Shown: positions 36,495 through 45,676 of the stretch, piece by piece
Layout of the letters: each line of letters opens with the position of its first letter
Numbering within the stretch: the stretch's first letter is position 1
DNA from: a virus
DNA: 64,000 bases
Virus record (IMG/VR): IMGVR_UViG_3300012209_000005
Span: 32,001 to 96,000 of that record
Reading direction: 5' to 3' (one strand)
Notes under the pieces: generated by a model
Told to the model about the DNA's origin: nothing
The model's input: the letters and a program-made list of their open reading frames with translations, nothing else
Databases searched by the model: none
Translations under genes and position numbers: made by a program

Positions 36495-39350
36495 TTAATC
36501 GGAAATAGTTCCCTTGTACCGAAGAAGAGCGTTGTAGGCAGCTTCCCGCTCCGCAGGATTCTCGCTGGTCCGCCAGGTACGCTCAAGCTGGCGGATCATC
36601 ATTCCCTGAATGCGCTCGTGGTGCTCGGCCTGCTTGACGATCCCCGCCGGGGCATTCTTCTGAGCAGGATTACTGAGCGCCAGCCCGGCGAAAGCGGCGG
36701 TCGACGGGTCAGGCTGGTTGGCCAGCGCATCCCAGCGCTGGTCGTTGACCGCGAGCCGCTGCCGGTAATTGTCGATCTCGGTGTTCTGAGCCGCGATTTT
36801 CTCCTCGTAGGAAGCATTCCGCTCTTCGAGGGCGGTAATCTTCACCTGGAGGGGCTCAAGGATCTCCGACATCATCGTCTTCATGAGGTCGGGAGTCAGT
36901 GCGTTAGCCCCCGCCGCCTTATTGATCTCGGCGGGAGGCTCGGGCATGGCCACCACCGGGGCGGCCGGGGCCGGGGACTCGATGCCGAGCGCCTTGCGGA
37001 TATCCTCGATGGAGGTGATGCCCTGCTGGACCTGCTTGTGAAGGTCCATCGCATAGCGCTGGGCGGTCCGCTTCGACAGCTTGGTGCGCGCCTGCGCCTC
37101 GGTGATCTCGCCCAGCCGGACCTTGCGCTCCAGCTTGCGGATGTACTTGTAGACGTCGCTGAGGACCTCGCCGTCGGTAAGGTTCACCTCAGCGGAGCCG
37201 TAGGCTGCGCCTTCCGCAGACTTGCCCACCCCGACGGCGCTGGGGGCACGGGCGCCGGTGCCCTCCTGGCGGTAGGCGTCCTGGTCGAGCATCGGGCAGG
37301 AGCTGGGGAACATGTGGTTCAGGTGGTCGTGGAGCATCGACAGCGCCCGGCGGGCCTTCTCCTTCTCCACCTCCGCGTAGCGGATCGCGATGGGGACGCC
37401 CTGCTGCTGCGGGTACTCGAAGTCCGCCTTCATGTGGCTGGGGCTCGGGGACTGGTGCCCGGCGCCCAGCGGGGGGCGGCCGAAGCTGTGCGCGTTCGGG
37501 CGGGTGTCCGGGACTTTCGCGGAGCTGTTCGGGGAGCCGTAAGTCCCGTACGCGGAGTGGCCGTCGGTGATCGGCGGGCGGTGGAACTTGCCCGGGCTCA
37601 TCTCGCCGGGGCTCGGGAAGGACGAGACCCCGGGGTTGGCGTCCCGGAAGGCCTTGTGCGCCTCGTGCCTATACTGGTTGACCTCCGCCGGGTCCGCCGT
37701 CTTCAGCACGGACGCCGCCTGCCAGGCGTTCTGCGCCTCCATCGCCTCGGTCAGCGACTTGCCGGTGGCGGCGTTCAGCGCCTTGCGCTGCCACAGGTCG
37801 GTGTCCAGCAGGGTGTCCACCCCCGCCAGGGGGAAGATCCGGGCGACATCGGCGGGGTCGTACGCGGGGCAGGTGAAGTCATGGAGCATGCCCATGTCGG
37901 TGTCCATGCCGATGGTCTTGTAGCGCATCAGCACGTCTGTTGCCTGGCCCTTCATGTGGGGCTTGGCAGGAGACTCCATCAGGTCGCCGACCGGGGCCGG
38001 GTCCATGTCGGCGGCCTCCTCCGCGCCGCTCGCCGTCTTCGGGTCGACATGGCACTTGCCGGTGTGCTCGTGCGCCTCCGTGCAGCCGGCGGCCTTGGTG
38101 CTGCTGTCGTCGTCCGCGTCGCCGTCATCACTGCCGGCAGGCTTGTTCAGCCACGGGGGAAGGTTGCCCTTCTTGCCCTTCTTCGGCTTAGGTGCTGCCT
38201 TCTCCGAAGACTCCGCGGACTCGGGCTTCGGGGACTCCTTCGGCTCCTCCTTCAGCGGCTTGCCAGGGGAGGTGTCATCAGCGTCCCCGGGGTCCTTGAC
38301 CAGCTCGGGAACATCCGTCTTCTCGGCCTCGGCGACAGGGACGGCAGTCTCCTCGTCAGGGGTTACCGTCTTCTCGTCACTGCTGCTGTCGAGGGGGTTA
38401 CCCACACCCAGTTCACGTGCCCTTCTGGCGATAAGCCGCTTGGCTGCTTCTGCGTTGCCGTGCCCGGAGCGCGCCAGGATCGCGGCCCGGCGCAGCGCGT
38501 CGGTATCCGGGATCGGGTAGGACCCGTCCGGGAGGGCGTTGCCGGCGCTCGCGTGGTGGCGGCGCTGCTCGGCGGAGAACTCCCGGTGGTCCTTGCCGAG
38601 AATCTCGTCCTCCGCCTCGGCGATGGCCTTCGCGGCCAGCTCGTCGTAATGGCGCTTGACGATCTTCTCCTGCATGACGCGCATCAGGTCATCGGGGGTG
38701 AAGTCGAGGTTGAAGTTGTCAGGGACGGAGAACGAGGAAATGTCGTCACTCAGCGCGGTGACATCCTTAATCAGGGTGTCTGCCTTCAGTGCCTTGGCGA
38801 TTGCCTCTTCCGACCCGAAAACTTCCCCGGTGTACTCGGCGTGCCCGTCGATGCTCTTCACCAGCTGGAAGCCGCAGGAGGCATTCGCCGGGCGGTCCAC
38901 CAGGGAAATCTCCACGATCTTCCCGGCCTTGATGACGCCGCCGCGCGCCTTCCCGGTCACGTCGCGCTCGATGGTGGGGTTGGCGATGCCCACCGAGTAG
39001 GCGCGGAGCACGCCCTTGGAGACGAGCTTCTTCGCGACAGGCTCCACGATGAGGGACTTCACCCAGGTGGCGCCGTCGCCGTCGGTGCTCGCTTCCATCC
39101 CGATGCCGGCCGGGTCGCGCTGGGGGTTATGCTGGACGCGGACGTTCCCGCCGGTGGCGAGCCATTCCGAGATGGCCTTCGAGCTGAAATCCGGGTGAAC
39201 GATCTGCTGATCATGATCGACAGAGCCGTCTGTGGCGCGCCCGTAGACCATCAGGTCACCGTCAGGAGTGCTCTCTACCTTCTCGATGGCGAACGTTGCG
39301 AAGACATCCGCCTTCAGCAGCTCGCCAGAACTGGTGAGAGTATCTGCCAC
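36495..39350 (-). CDS. prohead protease-scaffold fusion
   Basis: VYGRAT..VDHDQQ, QH, YSVG, EISLVDRPAN; internal LPDGSYPI domain; C-terminal coiled coil. Confidence 0.88.
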   Translation of the reverse strand: MADTLTSSGELLKADVFATFAIEKVESTPDGDLMVYGRATDGSVDHDQQIVHPDFSSKAISEWLATGGNVRVQHNPQRDPAGIGMEASTDGDGATWVKSLIVEPVAKKLVSKGVLRAYSVGIANPTIERDVTGKARGGVIKAGKIVEISLVDRPANASCGFQLVKSIDGHAEYTGEVFGSEEAIAKALKADTLIKDVTALSDDISSFSVPDNFNLDFTPDDLMRVMQEKIVKRHYDELAAKAIAEAEDEILGKDHREFSAEQRRHHASAGNALPDGSYPIPDTDALRRAAILARSGHGNAEAAKRLIARRARELGVGNPLDSSSDEKTVTPDEETAVPVAEAEKTDVPELVKDPGDADDTSPGKPLKEEPKESPKPESAESSEKAAPKPKKGKKGNLPPWLNKPAGSDDGDADDDSSTKAAGCTEAHEHTGKCHVDPKTASGAEEAADMDPAPVGDLMESPAKPHMKGQATDVLMRYKTIGMDTDMGMLHDFTCPAYDPADVARIFPLAGVDTLLDTDLWQRKALNAATGKSLTEAMEAQNAWQAASVLKTADPAEVNQYRHEAHKAFRDANPGVSSFPSPGEMSPGKFHRPPITDGHSAYGTYGSPNSSAKVPDTRPNAHSFGRPPLGAGHQSPSPSHMKADFEYPQQQGVPIAIRYAEVEKEKARRALSMLHDHLNHMFPSSCPMLDQDAYRQEGTGARAPSAVGVGKSAEGAAYGSAEVNLTDGEVLSDVYKYIRKLERKVRLGEITEAQARTKLSKRTAQRYAMDLHKQVQQGITSIEDIRKALGIESPAPAAPVVAMPEPPAEINKAAGANALTPDLMKTMMSEILEPLQVKITALEERNASYEEKIAAQNTEIDNYRQRLAVNDQRWDALANQPDPSTAAFAGLALSNPAQKNAPAGIVKQAEHHERIQGMMIRQLERTWRTSENPAEREAAYNALLRYKGTISD

Positions 39351-39368
39351 ACGCCTCCATTTTGGTCA

Positions 39369-39444
39369 TGAAAAAAGGCACACCGCCGTAAAAAGGCATA
39401 GTGCACCTGCTCGTGATTATATATAACATCGGGTCATCATGCAA
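39369..39444 (-). promoter_or_regulatory. sigma70-type promoter followed by hairpin and U-tract
   Basis: TTGCAT-17-TATAAT, then GGTGCAC..GTGTGCC and a T run before the protease RBS. Confidence 0.65.
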
Positions 39445-39831
39445 GAGCCATTCGCGAAGAATGCCGCTGGTGAGCTGCTCCAGGGACCACCCGAAAGGCA
39501 GCGATTCCCTTTCCACCGCCGCCCCGGGCTGCTCGCCGACAGCTTTCGCGAGGATGCGGTAAGCGTCCCGGCGCATCGACCAGCATTCCGCGGCGAGCTT
39601 CTCCTGCGCCTTCGACGGCTTGCTCTCCACCGCCTGGAGAAGCTCCAGCTGCTGGACGGTGCCCAGGTAATGGGCACGCATCGAGGGCAGTGAAAGCCAG
39701 TCCGCATTCACCACGTTCCTCCTTTAAGCGGCCGGGCGACCCACTTGCCTTTCAGGTCAAGGACATAGCCCGCGTCGGTGAAAATGATCCCGTGCTTCAG
39801 CTGCGGGTTAATTCCCGCCTTCTCGCAGTGG

Positions 39832-40194
39832 TTAAGCGCCCTTGCCAGGACCATGAGAAGGATTACCGGGTCCTGAATGGCTCTGCTTGAGCTTCTCCCA
39901 TTCGGCGAGCGCCCTTTGCGACGCCGCCCGGACTTCGGGGGTGACATGTCCCCTCCCCCAGTGAAGGTTGCCTTTCGCCCACCGCTTGAGGGCGTTGATG
40001 GCCGTGGCGATAGCCTGGGACTCGGGCATGCCATGGTCCCTGATCAGGGCGCGGGCGATATTCTGGACGTACGCGGGAAGCTGCTGCCTCTCCGGGGTGT
40101 GCTTATCCGGGGTGTGCCAGAGGCCCTCGCGGCCGAGGGGGTGATGCTCGGTGCTAACCCGGGGGGTCTCTGCGGACTTGTCCACCTGAGGCAC
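39832..40194 (-). CDS. head-module hypothetical protein
   Basis: LPAYVQNIARAL...AIATAIN..KRWA...ALAEWEKLK, a domain seen in actinophage head modules. Confidence 0.65.
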   Translation of the reverse strand: MPQVDKSAETPRVSTEHHPLGREGLWHTPDKHTPERQQLPAYVQNIARALIRDHGMPESQAIATAINALKRWAKGNLHWGRGHVTPEVRAASQRALAEWEKLKQSHSGPGNPSHGPGKGA

Positions 40195-40352
40195 TTTCCG
40201 CCGCCGCGGGCTTTGTGACTACCGGGGGAGAGGCATTCAGCGCCTCGAAGCACTCTGGGCAGATATTCCCGTCCCGGTACGCTTCCCAGCCCCCGTAGCC
40301 CCCGTCCCCGGTCTTCTCGCACTTAACGCACTGCATATGCTCCTTTGCCGGC

Positions 40353-40646
40353 TCATGTCACCAGGACGTTCGTGGCATTGCCCACGTATGCCGTCGCCGT
40401 CCCCGCGGCGGTAATCGCGAAAATCGACTCAGACTGCCCGCCCAGCAGGATCGACTCGTTCACCGGCAGCGCCAGGTACTGGGTGGCGGTCGTCGCCATG
40501 ACAGAGCCGCCCAGGTAGATGGTCCCCGGTCCCGCGTTCGAGATCACCACATCCCGGGTGTAGTTGGCGGTCGACGCGGTGTACAGCTGGGTAGCGGAAC
40601 TGGTCACCGTCACCGGGGTAGCCGCATTCAGCAGCGAGAATCCCAC
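40353..40646 (-). CDS. small beta-rich virion protein (paralog family)
   Basis: YTRDVVISNAG.GTIYLGG resembles 34142-34465. Confidence 0.7.
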   Translation of the reverse strand: MGFSLLNAATPVTVTSSATQLYTASTANYTRDVVISNAGPGTIYLGGSVMATTATQYLALPVNESILLGGQSESIFAITAAGTATAYVGNATNVLVT

Positions 40647-40658
40647 ATGCTCCTTTTG

Positions 40659-41009
40659 TTACGCGGGGACCTGGATCCCCAGTTCCGCGGCCTTGCCCGG
40701 GTCCAGGAAGCGGGTCTCGAAATGCCCGTCGCCGTACCAGACATCCGCCACGTCCGTGTCCCTGGCCAGCCGCATCTTCACCACGGTGCGGGTGTACGGG
40801 TTGACAAGGACGCTCACCTGGACGCCGGCCGCCTTGCCGGCGACAGCGTTCTCGTCCAGGTAGATGTCCAGCGTCTCCGTCTGCCGGTACGCCGCGGCGT
40901 CCTCGCTCAGCTCGCGGTAGGAATCCTCGCACAGCCACACCTGGCGGACATCGCCCTTGCGGGCATCCCACTCATCGCGGCAGAGATCCTGGAATGCCTT
41001 AAGCTTCAT
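40659..41009 (-). CDS. hypothetical protein
   Basis: GGAGG RBS; ATGA overlap with the portal stop. Confidence 0.65.
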   Translation of the reverse strand: MKLKAFQDLCRDEWDARKGDVRQVWLCEDSYRELSEDAAAYRQTETLDIYLDENAVAGKAAGVQVSVLVNPYTRTVVKMRLARDTDVADVWYGDGHFETRFLDPGKAAELGIQVPA

Positions 41010-44000
41010 CGTGCCTCCTGTTTCGGGCTCGCGGAATTTTCCGAGACCATCTTGTTTTCCGGGCTGGAACCGGAATGGACCTGGTGGGTGTGAGTCTGCT
41101 CAGCTGCCTCCCGGTCCTTCTCGTCGATGTAACCGACGTACCCGAGAACGTCCTGCCCAAGGTTTTTCCTCGCCAGGGCACGGTGGTGCCCGTCGACAAT
41201 AAATGCCTTGCTGCTCGTGGGTTCCTGGACGAGCACCGAGGGGGCGACATGCCCGCTGTGGGCCTTGATCTGGGCCTCGAATTCCTTCGTCTTCTCCGGC
41301 TGGTGCGAGGCTGCCCACTTGTCGATGTCGTCGGTGTCCACCCGGTTCCACGGGATGAAGACGGGGCCCGTCCACCGGGCCCGCCTGATCCAGGCGATAG
41401 CCTCCGGCGGGAAGTTTTTCGCCATCTGCACGTAAACGTGCTCGGCGTCCACCGGGTTCGGGTCATGGTAGTCAGACGGCCCGCCGGCATCAGCGGGGTG
41501 ACTGGGGAAGCCCTTCACCTTCTTCGGGGAAGGCAGGTCTACGATAAAGTTTCCCTCGCCCGGGACATCGTGCCCTGTTGCCTCGGCGGGGTCCGCGGGC
41601 CGGGGGGCCTCTGGATGCCCCGCACCCGGTCTGCCAGCCATTGGAGGGCGCACACCCACAACGGGATGCGGCGCCCCCTTCTTGTTGCCGCCCGGAACAG
41701 ATTGGGCTCCGACGCCCGGGTCACCCGTGGTTCCGCCCTGCGGGTACATGCCGTCCGGGTCCCCATCGGGGAGCCGTCGCGCGGGAGTACCCTTACCCGG
41801 CCGCTTCTTAGGATAATCCTCGTCATCAGAGCCTCTCGGGTAGATGCGCGCTTCCTCTTCATCCGACCTGTCATCGCCGACTGGCCAGTGCGGGGGCTCG
41901 GTCGCGCCCATCTCGCCATCTGCCTGGCCGCCGCCCGGGGGCTTATTCGACGGGTAGCCATTCGATGCCGCCGGGCTCGGGTACGGCCACCGGGAACCGC
42001 CGCCGGCCGCGGAATTGTCATCGGCCCGCAGCCATTCCCCGTTCTCGGTGCGGATATTCTGGAGCTTGGCGATGTCCTTGAAGTCAATGGCATCCCACTG
42101 CTCCCGGAACGGGGGGTGCAGCTTCAGCTTGCCCACTTCCTTGTACGTGAACCAGCCGGTGCCCATCGTCTCGTCGGGGGTCTTCCCGTTCATCTTCACG
42201 GGGAACACCCGGCCGGCCTCGCACACGTAGATGAAGCAGCTCCTATCCTCGTCGTAGCGCTCGTGGGCGACCTTCGGGGTCACCGGGGGGATATCCCCGA
42301 TTTCCTCGGTAGTCTCCCGGACCGCGGCGTCGAAAGACGGCTCCCCCATGTGGGCCATGCCCCCCGGCAGGCCCCACGTGTTATCGGTACGCTTCTGCAG
42401 CAGGTACCGGGTCCTCCCGTCCGCGTCCTGTCCGGTGATCATCAGGAAGCACACCCGGGACGGGTCTTCCTGCTTCCTGATATGCGCCTGCGGGGGCTCG
42501 GCGGTCACCCCGGCGGGGGCGGACACGCACCGGCACTGGACGTGCAGGGGGGCGTCGCCCCCGGCATAGATGGCATCGAGGGGGATGACGCCGGCGGCTG
42601 CCGCGCCCTTGCACGCCGCGCAGGTGCGCTCATCCGGCGCGAGCAGCAGGTGCTTATGGGTCACCCCGCGGTCCCTGTACGCCTGCAGCACGCCCGCGTT
42701 CATGGCGCGGGCCACCTCGGTGCGGGCGATCACCTCGCTGCGGGCATTGCTGTTGCCCAGCCCGGTGCGGGAGATCTGGTCCACCCAGTGCCGGGTCTCC
42801 TTGGTCACCCACGCTTCACGGTTGTAGTCGTCGTGCGCAGAGGTGAAGTCGGCCTTCCCGCCGCTGGCGAGCGCGGCGCCGCCCTCGTACCCCAGGTCCC
42901 ACGCCTTCTCGTACAGCGGGGTGAGCACCGGAGTGAACACGCTGGCGATCGAGTCGGAGATCATCGAGTTGAGCACGCCGACGGTCACGTACTCCCCGGC
43001 CGCCTGCTTCTGGCGGATCTCCCGGCCCTGGGCCTCGGCGTCGGCGAACGCGGAGGAGATCTCCTCCTTGTACCTCCCCACCAGGCCCAGGTCGTGCTCC
43101 CACCCGGGGAACTGCTGCTCCGCAGGGGCCTCGCCCCCGGTGATATAGCGCTTCTCCCCGTCCTGCGGGGGAGGTTCCCCGCCGTAGGTGTCCTTGATGT
43201 ACTCCAGCCCAGCCGAGACCTGCACCTTGCCGATCTCGCGGCCCACCGCGACGTCCACGCCCGTGCCCGCGTCCAGGTCCTCGGCGATCCTCGCCAGGGT
43301 GATCGTGTCGATGTGGCGGGGCTGCCAGGACCAGATGACATCACGGTCCTTGCGCAGGAAGCGCTTCAGGCTCTCCAGCTCGGACAGGGCCGCCTTGTTG
43401 CGGGCCCGCCCCTGGGTGGGGGTGCGCCCCTCGCCGCGCTTGCGGGAGCCTGCTTGCGGGCTGCGGCCGGCGCTGCCCCCGGTCTTCCCCCGCTGGGGAC
43501 GCTGCAGCGCGCCCGCCGCCGCCGCGTGCGCGGGGGTGCTCGGGCTGGCGCGCGGCGGGGACTTGGGCGCCGGGTGGCTCCCGTTCGGCTTCGTGGTGCC
43601 GCCGCTGGAGCGCGCCTTCGGCTTCTTCGGCGAGGAGGAAGGCGACTTCTTCTTGCCGCCGGAGGATGAAGAGCTGCTGCTGCCCTGCTGTCCCTGCATC
43701 GCCATTATCATCAGCTTCTCGGCGTCGGAGAACGGGACCGGGCCCTGCTGGGTCATGACGATAGGCTCGGAGGTCTCCTTCATCCCCCACGGGGGCAGGT
43801 CCAGGCGCTCGCGGATCTCGTCGACCGAGGAAATCCCGTTCTGCAGCTGGTCCACGCCCAGCTGGGTGATCGCCTGCTTATCCTCGTCGTCGGTCATGCC
43901 CTCGAACTGGAATTGCGTGTCCGGGCAGTCGCAGATGACCTGGATGACATGGTTGAAGATATCCTGGATGAAGCTCAGCAGGGGCTTGGTGGACGTGCGC

Positions 44001-45331
44001 GACTTGATGTTCCGCGTCTCCTGGCCCATGAACCGTATCCCCGACGCGGACGGGCCCTGCTGGGTGCCGCCCACGTTGGGGATGATGCCCAGCTCGATCG
44101 GCTGGATGTCGAAGGCCATCACTACCTGGTTCATCACCAGGTAGTCGAAAGAATCGCTCAGGTCCACCGGGCGCTGCGGGTCCACCTTGCTCCCCGGGGG
44201 CAGGACGATGACCTTCAGGTGGTAGGCCGGGTCGCCCGCCAGGGCATTCAGCGCGTTCTGGAGTTCCCCCACCTGCGTCGGCGTGATGTTATTGTCGCCA
44301 GGCGAGATATATACGGCCGGAACCGTGCCCTCAGTGAAGTAATCAAGCTGGAACTCCTGCTTCTGAAGTCCCGAGATGATCGGCAGAAGCGCTCTTTCAA
44401 TCGGGGGGAATCCATACGGGGTCTCCCGTCGTGGCCAGTAAGGGGCGTAGAGCATGGTGTCGGCGCTGAACTGGTTGACCTGGGCGCCCTCAAGCCCCGC
44501 CTCCTCGATGTCAGTACCCATCGCGATCGTCATGTAATCGCTGCGGGGCACCCCGTACAGGTACTGCTGGTACGCGGGGGCGGGAGGGGCCGGCTTGCCC
44601 CCGAAAACATCGATCAGGGGCCGCACGGTCGGTCCGGCTATCAAGCGGATGCTATCCAGGTTGCTGCCCAGGAGCCCCCGGCCGCCCATTCCCATCCGCG
44701 CGCCGTATTTCGGCCGGAAAATGATGCTCAGGGCGTCGAAGACGAAGATTTCCTCCAGCAGCGCGGCCAGGAAGGAGTCGAAATTCCAGAAATCCGGGTC
44801 AGGGCGGCGGAAAAAGCGGGTGAGCTGCTTCTTGCGCTCCCCGAAGTCCCGCATCGCGCCCTGGTCTTTCTGGTAGACCTTCGCGGCGTCGGTGGTGAGC
44901 GCGATATTCCAGTCCAGGCCCCGGATCTCCTCGATCCGCAGCTCGATGGCAGCCCGCGCCACAGAGTATTTTTCGGCGAGGACGCGGAGATTCTCGAAAG
45001 AGCTGAGCTTCAGCCCCTCCGTGCCCGGGGGGGTGGGCAGGTTCCAGCTGGGACGAGGCTCCCAGTACCGGGGGCCCGGGTACTGCCCGCCGAACGGGGG
45101 GTTGTTGACGGGGGTCGGCTGGATGGGCGCGGCGGGGGCGAACGCGCCGTCGGTGAAAACCTCGGCGGGACGGTCCAGGAAAGGACCGTAAGCAGCGTTA
45201 TAGGAACCGCCCGCCATCGCGTTTGCCATGGCGGGGCTGATCCTGCCCATGCCCGCGGCATTCGCCGGGGAGTAACGCCCCCCGGCCGGCAGGGCTTTCA
45301 CGGCTGCCACGATCGCACCCGGACGCGCCAT
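41006..45331 (-). CDS. portal-MuF-Nudix-ParB-like fusion protein
   Basis: Portal (YGFPPIE, DYFTEG.VP, DEIRERLDLPP); MuF (IARTEV..TC..C..HVQCRC); Nudix box (GGMAHMGE...AVRETTEEIG); DGHHR. Confidence 0.88.
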   Translation of the reverse strand: MARPGAIVAAVKALPAGGRYSPANAAGMGRISPAMANAMAGGSYNAAYGPFLDRPAEVFTDGAFAPAAPIQPTPVNNPPFGGQYPGPRYWEPRPSWNLPTPPGTEGLKLSSFENLRVLAEKYSVARAAIELRIEEIRGLDWNIALTTDAAKVYQKDQGAMRDFGERKKQLTRFFRRPDPDFWNFDSFLAALLEEIFVFDALSIIFRPKYGARMGMGGRGLLGSNLDSIRLIAGPTVRPLIDVFGGKPAPPAPAYQQYLYGVPRSDYMTIAMGTDIEEAGLEGAQVNQFSADTMLYAPYWPRRETPYGFPPIERALLPIISGLQKQEFQLDYFTEGTVPAVYISPGDNNITPTQVGELQNALNALAGDPAYHLKVIVLPPGSKVDPQRPVDLSDSFDYLVMNQVVMAFDIQPIELGIIPNVGGTQQGPSASGIRFMGQETRNIKSRTSTKPLLSFIQDIFNHVIQVICDCPDTQFQFEGMTDDEDKQAITQLGVDQLQNGISSVDEIRERLDLPPWGMKETSEPIVMTQQGPVPFSDAEKLMIMAMQGQQGSSSSSSSGGKKKSPSSSPKKPKARSSGGTTKPNGSHPAPKSPPRASPSTPAHAAAAGALQRPQRGKTGGSAGRSPQAGSRKRGEGRTPTQGRARNKAALSELESLKRFLRKDRDVIWSWQPRHIDTITLARIAEDLDAGTGVDVAVGREIGKVQVSAGLEYIKDTYGGEPPPQDGEKRYITGGEAPAEQQFPGWEHDLGLVGRYKEEISSAFADAEAQGREIRQKQAAGEYVTVGVLNSMISDSIASVFTPVLTPLYEKAWDLGYEGGAALASGGKADFTSAHDDYNREAWVTKETRHWVDQISRTGLGNSNARSEVIARTEVARAMNAGVLQAYRDRGVTHKHLLLAPDERTCAACKGAAAAGVIPLDAIYAGGDAPLHVQCRCVSAPAGVTAEPPQAHIRKQEDPSRVCFLMITGQDADGRTRYLLQKRTDNTWGLPGGMAHMGEPSFDAAVRETTEEIGDIPPVTPKVAHERYDEDRSCFIYVCEAGRVFPVKMNGKTPDETMGTGWFTYKEVGKLKLHPPFREQWDAIDFKDIAKLQNIRTENGEWLRADDNSAAGGGSRWPYPSPAASNGYPSNKPPGGGQADGEMGATEPPHWPVGDDRSDEEEARIYPRGSDDEDYPKKRPGKGTPARRLPDGDPDGMYPQGGTTGDPGVGAQSVPGGNKKGAPHPVVGVRPPMAGRPGAGHPEAPRPADPAEATGHDVPGEGNFIVDLPSPKKVKGFPSHPADAGGPSDYHDPNPVDAEHVYVQMAKNFPPEAIAWIRRARWTGPVFIPWNRVDTDDIDKWAASHQPEKTKEFEAQIKAHSGHVAPSVLVQEPTSSKAFIVDGHHRALARKNLGQDVLGYVGYIDEKDREAAEQTHTHQVHSGSSPENKMVSENSASPKQEAR

Positions 45332-45337
45332 AATGTC

Positions 45338-45676
45338 CTAACTGATCGTGAGCTGCCCGACGATATCCGCCGGGATCTCCGGGCTGTCGGTGATCTTCAG
45401 CCAGATGGTGTAGGTCCCCGGGATCAGGGCGATAGCCCCCCCGGGGCCCACCAGGCATTTCGCCCGGTACGGGTAGATGGGGTCGACCGCGCTGTAGTTA
45501 TCCCACGAGCTGGCCTGCCAGTCCGAGGACTGCGGGACCTGGGTGGGGGTGGGCATGAAAGCCATCTGCACAGTGCCGGCGGTCGGGTTATAGGAGACGC
45601 CCAGCTTCTCGGCAGCCACGGGGATCAGGACATACTTCAGCGCCAGCCGGGTCTGGCTGATTACCGAAAGTCCCAT
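45338..45676 (-). CDS. BppU-like Ig-fold virion protein
   Basis: CLVGP....L.PGTY.IWLKITD.PEIP. Confidence 0.6.
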   Translation of the reverse strand: MGLSVISQTRLALKYVLIPVAAEKLGVSYNPTAGTVQMAFMPTPTQVPQSSDWQASSWDNYSAVDPIYPYRAKCLVGPGGAIALIPGTYTIWLKITDSPEIPADIVGQLTIS

